Source: Burkholderiales bacterium (GTDB lineage Bacteria; Pseudomonadota; Gammaproteobacteria; Burkholderiales; Eutrophovitaceae). Taken from it: a stretch of DNA of 64,000 nucleotides. Shown here piece by piece: positions 18,944-27,842 of the stretch (its first letter is position 1; each line of letters starts with the position of its first letter). The stretch lies in assembly GCA_040880425.1 (NCBI GenBank), contig JBBDIL010000018.1, positions 18,495-82,494 of the forward strand. The letters run 5' to 3'. The position numbers were made by a program, and so were the translations under genes. The notes under the pieces were generated by a model. That model was not told the DNA's origin. It worked only from the letters and a program-made list of their open reading frames with translations, and ran no database searches.

Positions 18944-19008
18944 GGTGACCAGCTATAGGTCCATGGCGACACGGCAGGCCGCAGACAAGCAGGCCGGCGT
19001 GCCGAGTG

Positions 19009-19449
19009 TCAAGTATGCAGCCGACTGGACAGTGCGGTATCGACGTCCATGCCCGGTGCGGCGGCGTTGTCGGGTGCCTTCTGACCGCGGATCAGCTCGA
19101 ACTCCACCGGTGGCGAATCCGCGCCCTGCGTGAATGCGCGCACCGTCAGTTCGTCTCCGCGCACCCAAATCTCGACGGGAACGAGCACCCCGTCTTCGTT
19201 GCGCAACCGACCCGTGGCAATGTCACCCCTCTGGATCGTGTTCACCGAATAAACGTAGCCGCCGAAATTGAGGGTGCCGTTGACCGCGGTTTTCTGCACC
19301 GCAAGCGATGCGCGGGCGGGCTGGCCATTGAACTGTCCGCTGAACTGCCCGGCGAAGGGGTTTTCCGTCTGGCCTGCCGCGGGTATCGGCAGGGCGATCA
19401 GCGCGAGCCACAGCATCGTGCCGAACCAATTCGTGTTCCGGATTCGCAT
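19009..19449 (-). CDS. Secreted hypothetical protein
   Basis: Signal peptide 'WFGTMLWLALIALPIPAAG' and high GC3. No recognisable family. Confidence 0.6.
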   Translation of the reverse strand: MRIRNTNWFGTMLWLALIALPIPAAGQTENPFAGQFSGQFNGQPARASLAVQKTAVNGTLNFGGYVYSVNTIQRGDIATGRLRNEDGVLVPVEIWVRGDELTVRAFTQGADSPPVEFELIRGQKAPDNAAAPGMDVDTALSSRLHT

Positions 19450-19927
19450 GTTGCGAGCCTCCTTTGCCGGTTGCCGATGGTCAGCGGCAACGCTGTTTCG
19501 ACTCCCAAATACTAATGGAAACCGCTGGTGCTGGAATGTTGCGCTGCCGCCGGCTGCGACAAGCGGGAAGTCGGGTCGTGGCTAATGGCGGCTCTGCAAC
19601 GCGGTTCAATCGAACACGCCGCGCCCCTGGAACCCGCGCACGCCGCCTCGCTTCGACCTGGCGGTCATTGCAACCCGGAGGCACCGTTGCGACGCGCACC
19701 GCAGGACCGACGCGGTGATCCCGTTCCGCCGCGTCCATGCCTGCGCCAACTAGCGGTGCAGGTTTTAGCAGTGTGCTGAATTTCCCTGGATTGACGAGCC
19801 AGCTGCCGACTGCTCAGACCGCTTAGCTCACTCAGCGTTTGCGGTGCGCGACGTGAACCCTGCCTTCGCCCCGGAACCGCACGGATCGCCAATGCGTTGT
19901 CGCCGGCCGTTTAAGAAAGCTCGCGAC

Positions 19928-19959
19928 AAAAAACAACGCCGCCCCGGGGTGAGGCGGCG
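19928..19959 (-). terminator. Rho-independent terminator of the small lipoprotein gene
   Basis: On the minus strand: stem CGCCGCC/GGCGGCG, a 9-nt loop, then TTGTTTTTT. Confidence 0.65.
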
Positions 19960-20024
19960 TGTGAGGAAGCTCGTATGGCGGCCAGTGGCGCGACGCGGCG
20001 CTCGAAGTTGCCGCCTGCGGTCAA

Positions 20025-20237
20025 CTATTTCTTTTCCTTGCCACCCGGGCCGATCTCGGCGCCGGTGGTCTTGAACGGACCCGCGCTTGGACCTTTGGCT
20101 TCGACACCGCCCGGACCGACCTCCAGCGACATGGCTTTGAATGGGCCTGCGCCGACCTTGAGTTCGGCGCAGCCGTGGATACTGGCGGCAATCGCCGCGA
20201 TGACCAGGAATCGGACCGTTGATTGAATGGCATTCAT
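20025..20237 (-). CDS. Small lipoprotein with internal tandem repeat
   Basis: Signal peptide plus lipobox 'AASIHGC'. Two repeats of about 21 aa with the pattern GPFK...E(V/I)GPGG. High GC3, with a terminator downstream. Confidence 0.65.
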   Translation of the reverse strand: MNAIQSTVRFLVIAAIAASIHGCAELKVGAGPFKAMSLEVGPGGVEAKGPSAGPFKTTGAEIGPGGKEKK

Positions 20238-20457
20238 GCTCGTATCTCCACCGAAGTGCGGGCAGGTGCGCCCGCGCAGGGATCAGGGATGCAAGAAACT
20301 TGCCGCCCGCAAGCTTCCAATCCAGGGGCCGGGCCGGCCGATTTGGTGCGAAAGAAACTACTGATGCAGTCGAAGTCAGTGCCGCGTCCAGAGTTCCCGG
20401 CTGCCGCCGCCGAAGGTGGGCAACAGGTGGTTCTGATTCCAGGCAGTAGCCCAGCGA

Positions 20458-20715
20458 CTACCTGTCGGGACGTGACAAGGCCTCGATGACTGCCGCTTTC
20501 TCGCTTTCGTCCAGTTTCGGAGGATGGGTCTTGAGGAACTCGACCAGGTGGGCCGGGCGTTTTGCAGGCGGTATCGGCGCTAGGATCGCGCGCGCCATCC
20601 GGAAGGTGTGGCACTGTGAACACTTGGCGTCGAAGATCGTCTCGCCTTCGCTGACCTCGTCAGCATTGGCAACAGCCGGCAACAACATCGCGGCAATCAA
20701 TAGTCGTACAGGCAC
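20458..20715 (-). CDS. Small c-type cytochrome
   Basis: CSQCH heme motif and signal peptide 'VPVRLLIAAMLLPAVANA'. GTG at 20715 is preceded by GGGAGAG. The track start at 20757 is a TTG. Confidence 0.65.
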   Translation of the reverse strand: MPVRLLIAAMLLPAVANADEVSEGETIFDAKCSQCHTFRMARAILAPIPPAKRPAHLVEFLKTHPPKLDESEKAAVIEALSRPDR

Positions 20716-20873
20716 TGCACTCTCCCGGATCCGGACACACTGGTTCCCCAGCTTCAATCATCTCCGTATTCAAGGCTGTCATCAACCGCAACGATTGTCA
20801 TATGGACGATCCATTCCCGCGCACGGGCGTCCACTTATGGATAATGTCGGCCTTGCCTACTCAAGCAGCACCC

Positions 20874-21773
20874 ATGAGCATCCAGTGGTTCCCCGGACAT
20901 ATGGACCAGGCGCGCAAGAACGCGGCCAGGGCCATGAAGCAGGTCGACGTGGTGATCGAAGTGGTCGACGCGCGCTTGCCGGAAGCCAGCAGCAATCCGT
21001 TGATCAAAACTCTGCGCGAACACCGGCAGCGCCCTTGCCTGAAGGTTCTGAACAAGGCGGACCTCGCGGATCCGGCAGTGACGAAAGCCTGGCTGAGTGA
21101 CTACAACAGCCAGCCGGGGGTGACGGCGGTCGCGCTGTCGTGCAAGAACCCGCGGGACGTCGCGCGCATTCCCGCCCTTTGCCAGAAAATCGCGCCGCAT
21201 CGCAACGACAACTTCAAGCCGCTGCGCATGATGATCATGGGGATCCCGAACGTCGGCAAGTCGACACTGATGAACGCCCTGCTGAAGCGCCGGGTGGCCG
21301 CGGTGGGCGATGAGCCGGCAGTCACGAAGAGTCAGCAGCGCCTCGATCTGAACGAACGCATGTGGCTCATAGATACACCCGGCCTGATGTGGCCGAAGAT
21401 CCGCTACCCGGGCGACGGCATGATGCTGGCGGCGAGCCACGCGATCGGCGTGAACGCGGTGATACCGGAAGAAGTCGCCATGTTTCTCGGCGAACTGCTG
21501 CTCGCGCGCTATCCGGACCGGCTGTCGGCGCGTTACGGGATTGCCACCGAAGGCCTGGATCGCGCGGACCTGATCGAAGCGATCGCGCAGCGCCGCGGTT
21601 GCCATGTCAAGGGCGGCGGCCTCGACCTGGAGAAGGCCTCGATCATCCTGCTGACCGATTACCGCGGTGGCAAGCTCGGCCCGATCAGCCTGGAAACCCC
21701 GGAATCGCGCCGCGCGATGCTCGCAGCCGGCGTTCCCGAAGTCCGGGATGAGCCGGAAGACAGCGCGGACTGA
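20874..21773 (+). CDS. ylqF: Ribosome biogenesis GTPase YlqF/RbgA
   Basis: 'MSIQWFPGHM' followed by the circularly permuted GTPase motifs 'LNKADL' and then 'GIPNVGKSTLMN'. Confidence 0.9.
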   Translation: MSIQWFPGHMDQARKNAARAMKQVDVVIEVVDARLPEASSNPLIKTLREHRQRPCLKVLNKADLADPAVTKAWLSDYNSQPGVTAVALSCKNPRDVARIPALCQKIAPHRNDNFKPLRMMIMGIPNVGKSTLMNALLKRRVAAVGDEPAVTKSQQRLDLNERMWLIDTPGLMWPKIRYPGDGMMLAASHAIGVNAVIPEEVAMFLGELLLARYPDRLSARYGIATEGLDRADLIEAIAQRRGCHVKGGGLDLEKASIILLTDYRGGKLGPISLETPESRRAMLAAGVPEVRDEPEDSAD

Positions 21774-21852
21774 AGCACAGCTGCCCCGGTTGCGTGTTCC
21801 GGGCGGCCGGCCGAAGTGGGATACCATGCTGCTTTCCCGCGAAAGGATCCCT

Positions 21853-22527
21853 ATGAGAATCGTTGCATCGTGTGTTTTTGTACTGGCGCTGGCCGGATGT
21901 TCGGGCGAACAGTCGTCTTCTTCCGTCAAACTCGAAACGGACGAACAGAAAACACTTTACGCCCTGGGCGTCGCGGTGAGCCAACCGCTGTACCCATTTG
22001 AGTTGAGCGAGGAGGAACTGGCCTACGTGCGGGCCGGACTCGAGGACGGCGTGATGAAGCGCGATTCCAAGGTCGACATGGACGAGTTTGGACCGAAGAT
22101 CGAAGAACTCGCGCGCACCCGCGTATCGAAGGCGGCCGAAGGCGCGCGCACCGCCGGCAGCGAGTTCCTGGCGAAAGCCGAAACCGAGGAAGGCGCCATC
22201 AAGACCGAATCGGGCGTCGTGGTGAAGACGCTGACCGAAGGCAACGGCGCGAAACCCAAGGATACGGATACCGTGAAGGTTCACTATCACGGTACGTTGA
22301 CCGACGGTACGGTGTTCGACAGTTCCGTGGACCGTGGCGAGCCGATCACGATTCCGCTCGGCAACGTGATCCCGTGCTGGATCGAAGGCGTGCAGGAGAT
22401 CAAGGTCGGCGGCAAGAGCCGCCTGGTGTGCCCGGCGGATACAGCCTACGGCGACCGCGGCTCGGCGCCCCGCATTCCCCCGGGCGCAACACTGGTGTTC
22501 GAGGTGGAACTGCTGGAGATCATGTAA
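21853..22527 (+). CDS. FKBP-type peptidyl-prolyl cis-trans isomerase (lipoprotein)
   Basis: RBS GAAAGGA and lipobox 'LALAGCS'. The FKBP core is 'VHYHGTLTDGTVFDSS...G(V)IPCWIEG...PPGATLVFEVELLEI'. Confidence 0.9.
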   Translation: MRIVASCVFVLALAGCSGEQSSSSVKLETDEQKTLYALGVAVSQPLYPFELSEEELAYVRAGLEDGVMKRDSKVDMDEFGPKIEELARTRVSKAAEGARTAGSEFLAKAETEEGAIKTESGVVVKTLTEGNGAKPKDTDTVKVHYHGTLTDGTVFDSSVDRGEPITIPLGNVIPCWIEGVQEIKVGGKSRLVCPADTAYGDRGSAPRIPPGATLVFEVELLEIM

Positions 22528-22570
22528 ATCAGGGCCGGGCACCGAGGCCGGAGCGCAGGGACGACGGGCG

Positions 22571-22645
22571 GGACTGAGTTAACTTCCGGTCCGGGATCCG
22601 GGCATGCACTGGTGCCCGGCACCCGGTACCAGGGAAGTTCAGGAC
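22571..22645. repeat. GGTGCCCGGCACC-core palindromic element (copy A)
   Basis: GGACTGAGTTAACTTCCGGTCCGGG...CACTGGTGCCCGGCACCCGGTACCAGGGAAGTTCAGGAC. Related copies lie at 28432-28497 and 7180-7212. Confidence 0.75.
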
Positions 22646-22739
22646 AGCAAATAAAGTGCAAGAGCGTTTAACGGTCGTCGCGCCTTGCCGCTCGCGGCAG
22701 ATTCCGGACGACAGAAGCAGACGGCGGGATTGAATACCG

Positions 22740-22964
22740 ATGAAATGGCTGGACGGGATTCCGCTGTGGCTCATCGTGCTGGTAGCGCTGTACATGTTGC
22801 TGGCGCCGTTCGTGCCGGAACCGCATCTGTGGCAGAAACTGAAGATGTTGTTTGCCGGCGAACTGGTCAGGCCGATCGATATCTTCGATCTGTTCTGGCA
22901 TATCGTGCCGTTCTTGGTGCTCGGGTTGAAGCTGGTCCGAATGCGTGGCCTGAAACGCGGCTGA
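22740..22964 (+). CDS. Small conserved membrane protein
   Basis: 74 aa with two TM segments and high GC3. Confidence 0.55.
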   Translation: MKWLDGIPLWLIVLVALYMLLAPFVPEPHLWQKLKMLFAGELVRPIDIFDLFWHIVPFLVLGLKLVRMRGLKRG

Positions 22965-22994
22965 GCGCGATCGCCGCATCCGGCCGCCGGCCGG

Positions 22995-23417
22995 CTATTG
23001 AGCTTGCGCCACCAGCCTGAGCATGTCGCTCTCCGAGATCATGCCGACCAGCTTGCCGTTGTCCACCACCGGCAGGCAACCGATACGGTGGGCGAGCATT
23101 TTAGCGGCGGCGTCGCGTAGTGGCGTGTCCGGCGATGCCGTGTGCACCGGTTCGACCATCGCTTCCTTGACCGCGACCGATCGTAGCATCAGGTCCTCGG
23201 CGCGGGAGCCATAGCCCAGCGCGCGCAGAAGCGCGCCGCGGAACAAGTCGCGCTGGGAGAGGATGCCGGCGAGGTCGCCATATTCGTCGAGTACCGGCAG
23301 ATGGCGGATTCGCTCCTGTTTCATCAGTTCATCCGCGACCAGAAGCTTGTCGTTCCGCTGGAGGGTATATACCTGGGTTTGCATCAGATCGCGAACGGTT
23401 TGTGGTTTGGTTCCCAT
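22995..23417 (-). CDS. CBS domain pair protein
   Basis: 140 aa from 'MGTKPQTVRDLM'. Two CBS repeats ('IRHLPVLDEYGDLAGILSQRDL', 'IGCLPVVDNGKLVGMISESDM'). Confidence 0.85.
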   Translation of the reverse strand: MGTKPQTVRDLMQTQVYTLQRNDKLLVADELMKQERIRHLPVLDEYGDLAGILSQRDLFRGALLRALGYGSRAEDLMLRSVAVKEAMVEPVHTASPDTPLRDAAAKMLAHRIGCLPVVDNGKLVGMISESDMLRLVAQAQ

Positions 23418-23611
23418 GGCAGACTCCGGAAAAGTGGTTGCGCGAATTCTATCTTTGCCGCCGGCGGATAAGCGAGAACCGGCCCGTGCGACAAAAAAGC
23501 CGAGTGCCTGTATCTTTGCCGCTGGAGGCGGCCGGCTTTCGCTCAGGAGGGACAGGAAGGCCCGGTGCATAACGAGCGTGCAGGAACGCACGCCAATGGA
23601 GGAGGTCCTTG

Positions 23612-24535
23612 ATGCCCCGAACCAGAATGATCGTTGCCGACATGCGCCTTGCGGCTGCCGCGCGAATTCGACGATACACTGCCGTGGCGTCGATTGCCGG
23701 ACTCGCGCTGGTCTGCCTGGCGTTCGTCGTGAATGCGCAGACGCAGGCGTTCCCGGAGCCGGGAACCGAGTTCCAGGAATGCGATACCTGCCCGGTGATG
23801 GTGGTGATTCCGAAGGGGCAGTACGAAATGGGCGCGCCGCCCACCTCGTTCGGACGGTTCCACACCGAAGGTTTCCTGCGCTCGGTGACGTTCGCAAAGC
23901 CGTTCGCGCTCGGCAAGTACGAAGTGACGTTCGACGAGTGGGATGCCTGCGTGGCCGACGGCAAGTGCGTGAAAGCGGACGACGACGGCCTGGGGCGCGG
24001 CCGCCGGCCGGTGATCAATGTCAGCTGGAAAGAGGCGCTTGCCTACGCCGAGTGGCTGGCGCAGAAGACAGGCAAGCCTTACAGGCTGCCTTCCGAAGGG
24101 GAGTGGGAGTATGCAGGCAGGGCGGGCGGTGCGCTTTCGCGTTATCTCGGCATTCCTCCGCAAGAGGTCTGCAAACACGGCAACCTCTACGATCTTTCCG
24201 GACTGAAGAAACACGAGTACGACTGGGACCATGTGTCCTGCGACGATGGCCACGCGGACACTGCGCCGGTCGGCTCCTACCAGCCCAACAGCCTGGGGTT
24301 GCATGACATGTTGGGCAACGTGTGGGAGTGGACGATGGATTGCGAAAACCCGAGCTGGCGCGTGGCGCCGAGCGACGGTTCGCCGTGGACCTACGGCAAT
24401 TGCAGGCAGCGCGCGTACCGCGGCGGGTCGTGGCTGGAGCTCGTGCCGCATTACCTGTATCCCGGGCACCGCTACAAGTACTTCAATTCACGGCAGCGGG
24501 ATCTCGGCTTTCGCGTGGCGCGGACGCTGTCCTGA
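23612..24535 (+). CDS. Formylglycine-generating enzyme (SUMF1/FGE-sulfatase) family protein, secreted, paralog 1
   Basis: RBS GGAGGAGG and a signal peptide. FGE signatures 'RGRRPVINVSW', 'YRLPSEGEWEYA', 'HDMLGNVWEWT', 'RGGSW'. Confidence 0.85.
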   Translation: MPRTRMIVADMRLAAAARIRRYTAVASIAGLALVCLAFVVNAQTQAFPEPGTEFQECDTCPVMVVIPKGQYEMGAPPTSFGRFHTEGFLRSVTFAKPFALGKYEVTFDEWDACVADGKCVKADDDGLGRGRRPVINVSWKEALAYAEWLAQKTGKPYRLPSEGEWEYAGRAGGALSRYLGIPPQEVCKHGNLYDLSGLKKHEYDWDHVSCDDGHADTAPVGSYQPNSLGLHDMLGNVWEWTMDCENPSWRVAPSDGSPWTYGNCRQRAYRGGSWLELVPHYLYPGHRYKYFNSRQRDLGFRVARTLS

Positions 24536-24608
24536 CACCGACGCGCGAACGATGCACGCATCTACGGCGCAGAGTCGACTTCGATCGAAAGACGGGATGC
24601 GGCCGGAG

Positions 24609-24875
24609 TTACCGGTGCGGTGGCTCGGCGGGTGCCAGTACCGGTTCGTCATCCGGCTCGGCGCCGTGATAGGTAATGCGCAAGGCTTCATCCTCGGCAT
24701 CGTCCCAGGCTTTCGCGGCGCGGCGTTCGAAGCGCTCGCGGCTGCTGCGTTTCAGCACGGCCTCGTACGCCTGCTCGACGGTGATGCCGCGGGACTCGAT
24801 CAGTGCGACGGCGGCCTTGCAGCCGGCTTCGATGTCTTCGTCCTTGGCGTGCGAATCGACAATCCAGAGTTTCAT
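24609..24875 (-). CDS. Hypothetical small acidic protein
   Basis: AGGAG lies 6 nt upstream of ATG 24875. Very high GC3. No recognisable family. Confidence 0.55.
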   Translation of the reverse strand: MKLWIVDSHAKDEDIEAGCKAAVALIESRGITVEQAYEAVLKRSSRERFERRAAKAWDDAEDEALRITYHGAEPDDEPVLAPAEPPHR

Positions 24876-25136
24876 TTCTGCTCCTGAAAGTACCATTTCC
24901 GGCCGGATCTGCCGGAAAAAAACGAGTAACTATATCGCGGTTCGGCGCGGGAGCCGAATGTTGCGCCCGGGCAGGGACCGTTCGCAGTGCGTTGCGCGGG
25001 CAGATCGATCTGCCTGTATCGTTCATGTTTGCAAACAGCCGGCAGCGGGTACCGCAGCGCCGATTACGATTGCGGAGCATGTGAAAACCCGCCGGACTCA
25101 CGCGATGCGAAGGCCGTTCGACCGGCAATACAAGAT

Positions 25137-26075
25137 ATGGAGCAACTCTTGAAAACTGATGCACGACGTCCGCGTCGCGTTCGGCGAGTCGCGGCGGGGG
25201 AATCCTGGCTGCACGTTGCGGCGACGGTTGCAGTCGTCTGCCTGCTCGCGTTTCCGGTACGGGCGCAGCAGGATTTCCCGCCAGCGGGCGGCGAATTGCA
25301 GGATTGCAAGGCTTGCCCGGTGATGGTGGTGATTCCGGCGGGTTCCTACCAGATGGCTTCACCACCGGCTCCGTGGGGCCGCTTTTATCGCGAAGGCACG
25401 GTTCGCGGGGTGACTTTCCGCGAGCCCTTCGTGCTGGGCAAGCACGAGGTCACGTTCGACGAGTGGGCTGCGTGCGTCGGCGATCGCAAGTGCGACGAAC
25501 TTGACGACAAAGGCTGGGGGCGCGGCCGCCGGCCGGTGATCAATGTCACCTGGAAGCAGGCGAATGCCTATGCCGAGTGGCTCGCGGACAAGACCGGCCA
25601 GCCGTACCGCCTGCCATCCGAGGCGGAGTGGGAATATGCGGCACGGGCGGGCGCCGGGCAGACGCGCCTGTTCGATTTGTCTGCCGAAAGTGTTTGCAAG
25701 CATGCAAACCTGTATGACCTGACGGCGAAAAAAGCGCTGGAGTACGAATGGGAACATGTGCCGTGCAGCGACGGCCACACGGAAACCGCGCCGGCCGGTT
25801 CGTTCAAACCCAATGCCTTCGGCCTGCACGACATGCTGGGCAATGTCTGGGAATGGACCATGGATTGCGGAAAGCCGGTCTGGCGCGACCTGCCGAAAGA
25901 CGGTTCGGCCTGGCTGCGCGGAAACTGTTCCGAACGCGCGTTTCGCGGAGGATCGTGGTTGCAGTTGCCGCCGGTTTTCCTGCGCCCGGCAGACCGCTAC
26001 AAGTTCGTCGAGGCGCGGTATAACGACCTCGGTTTCCGGGTGGCGAAGTCGTTGCCTTCGCGGCGCGCTGAATGA
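25137..26075 (+). CDS. Formylglycine-generating enzyme family protein, secreted, paralog 2
   Basis: Roughly two-thirds identical by eye to paralog 1 across 'CPVMVVIP...GRGRRPVINV(S/T)W...YRLPSE(G/A)EWEYA'. Confidence 0.85.
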   Translation: MEQLLKTDARRPRRVRRVAAGESWLHVAATVAVVCLLAFPVRAQQDFPPAGGELQDCKACPVMVVIPAGSYQMASPPAPWGRFYREGTVRGVTFREPFVLGKHEVTFDEWAACVGDRKCDELDDKGWGRGRRPVINVTWKQANAYAEWLADKTGQPYRLPSEAEWEYAARAGAGQTRLFDLSAESVCKHANLYDLTAKKALEYEWEHVPCSDGHTETAPAGSFKPNAFGLHDMLGNVWEWTMDCGKPVWRDLPKDGSAWLRGNCSERAFRGGSWLQLPPVFLRPADRYKFVEARYNDLGFRVAKSLPSRRAE

Positions 26076-27382
26076 GCGCGCCCAGCACCGGCCCGGGCAC
26101 ATCACGTACCGCATGGCTGACGGTGGCGCCGGCCACATTGGTGGTCGTGGCCCTGGTGCTGGCGTTCTATTTCATGGAGCCGGCGCCGCCCGATACCATC
26201 GTGATCAGCACGGGCACGGAAGAAAGCGGCTACCAGCTGTTCGCCCAGCGCTACCAGGAGATCCTTGCACGCGACGGCGTCACCGTTGAACTGCGCGGCT
26301 CGGCCGGTTCGCAGGAGAACGTGGCGCGCCTGATGGACCCGGAAGCCGGTGTGGACGTTGGATTCTTCCAGAGCGGTTCGGCTTACGCGGCAAATTCGCC
26401 GGACCTGGTTTCGCTCGGTGCGATCTACTACGAGCCGTTGTGGATCTTCTACCGCGGGCCTGAGATTTCGGAAATGGCCGGCCTGCACGGCAAGAAGCTG
26501 GCGATCGGCCCGCTGGACAGCGGTACCAACGCGCTTTCGATCCAGTTGCTCGCGATCAATGCCGTGGTCCTGCCGCCGACCGAGCTGCTGACCATCGGCG
26601 GGCGCGAAGCGGCGGATAAGCTGCTGAGCGGCGAGATTGGCGCCATGTTCCTGGTCGCACCGCCGGAAGCCCCGCTGGTTGCGGAACTGGTGTCAGCCCC
26701 GGGCATCAGGCTGCTGAGCCTCGATCGCGCGGAAGCGTATACGCGCCGCTTCCCCTTCCTGAACCGGAAGCTGCTGCCACGCGGGGTATTCGATTTCATC
26801 AGCGACGTTCCGCCGCACGACGTAACACTGCTGGCGCCAACGGCGAACCTGCTGGTGAGCAACGAACTGCATCCGGCGATGGCGTACCTGCTGATGAGTG
26901 CGGCGACCGAGATACATAGCGGTTCGGCGCTGTTCAATCGCGCGAGGGAGTTTCCCGCGCCGCTGGATGCGGATTTCCCGCTGAGCGAAGCCGCCGGGCG
27001 CTACTATGAATCGGGCCCGCCGTTCCTGCAGCGCTACCTGCCGTACTGGGCGGCGATACTGGTGGATCGCTTGTGGATCACGCTGCTGCCGGTGCTGGCG
27101 CTGATGGTGCCGCTCGCGCGAATCGCGCCGCAGGTCTATCGCTGGCGGATACGCTCGCGCATCTATCGCAGGTACGCCCAGCTGAAGGAAGTGGAGCTGG
27201 AGCTGGACACCGAACCGGCCGCCGACAAGCTCAAGGAGCTGCTGGAACGGTTGGACAAGATCGAGGACGTGGTCAATCACATCCACACACCGCTTGCCTA
27301 TACCGAGAACCTTTACATGTTCCGCGTGCACATCAACCTGGTGCGGGACAAGGTCGAGCGTGCGCTCAGATATTCCGCGTGA
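26072..27382 (+). CDS. TAXI-family (TRAP-type) solute-binding-like protein with N- and C-terminal membrane anchors
   Basis: ATGA start/stop overlap with the preceding FGE gene. N-terminal TM segment. TAXI-like core 'IVISTGTEESGYQLFAQRY...'. C-terminal TM 'AAILVDRLWITLLPVLALMVPLA' followed by a coiled coil. Confidence 0.75.
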   Translation: MSAPSTGPGTSRTAWLTVAPATLVVVALVLAFYFMEPAPPDTIVISTGTEESGYQLFAQRYQEILARDGVTVELRGSAGSQENVARLMDPEAGVDVGFFQSGSAYAANSPDLVSLGAIYYEPLWIFYRGPEISEMAGLHGKKLAIGPLDSGTNALSIQLLAINAVVLPPTELLTIGGREAADKLLSGEIGAMFLVAPPEAPLVAELVSAPGIRLLSLDRAEAYTRRFPFLNRKLLPRGVFDFISDVPPHDVTLLAPTANLLVSNELHPAMAYLLMSAATEIHSGSALFNRAREFPAPLDADFPLSEAAGRYYESGPPFLQRYLPYWAAILVDRLWITLLPVLALMVPLARIAPQVYRWRIRSRIYRRYAQLKEVELELDTEPAADKLKELLERLDKIEDVVNHIHTPLAYTENLYMFRVHINLVRDKVERALRYSA

Positions 27383-27406
27383 TTCAAAACTGAAAGGAGA
27401 AGAAGC

Positions 27407-27715
27407 ATGATCGATGTCGTTGCCATGATTACCGCCAAACCCGGCCAGCGGGAGAAGATACTCGAGGCTGCGCGCGACAATCTGGCGGCCGTGCGTGCCG
27501 AAGAGGGTTGCATCGAGTACCGCCTGGCCGTGGATGCCGAAGGCTTCAAGTTCCAGACGCCGGTTGGATCGGATACTTTCCTCGTCATCGAAAAGTGGGA
27601 AGATGGCGACGCGCTGAAGGCCCATGCTGCCGCACCGCACATGGCTGCCTACGCGGCGAAAGTGAAGGACCTGATCGCCAGCCGCGTGATCCATGTGCTG
27701 GAGTCGGCGGAATAA
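27407..27715 (+). CDS. Antibiotic-biosynthesis-monooxygenase (ABM) domain protein / putative quinol monooxygenase
   Basis: RBS AAAGGAGAAG. A 102-aa ferredoxin-like fold with the pattern 'FLVIEKWEDGDALKAHAAAPHM'. Confidence 0.8.
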   Translation: MIDVVAMITAKPGQREKILEAARDNLAAVRAEEGCIEYRLAVDAEGFKFQTPVGSDTFLVIEKWEDGDALKAHAAAPHMAAYAAKVKDLIASRVIHVLESAE

Positions 27716-27842
27716 CAGAAGTTCGGAGGACAGAAGTTCGAGTACCGGATGGCAGGGTTGAAGAACGAACTGCAGGGCTGGCGGGTGAAACGCGGGAACG
27801 GCGGACGAGGATAAGCCGGACAGAGTCGGGGAGGAACGGGCG

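Noticed and set aside
18122-18958. 278-aa plus-strand ORF mirroring the extradiol dioxygenase gene
   Set aside because: The minus strand encodes clear YgiD-like motifs, so the plus ORF is a shadow.
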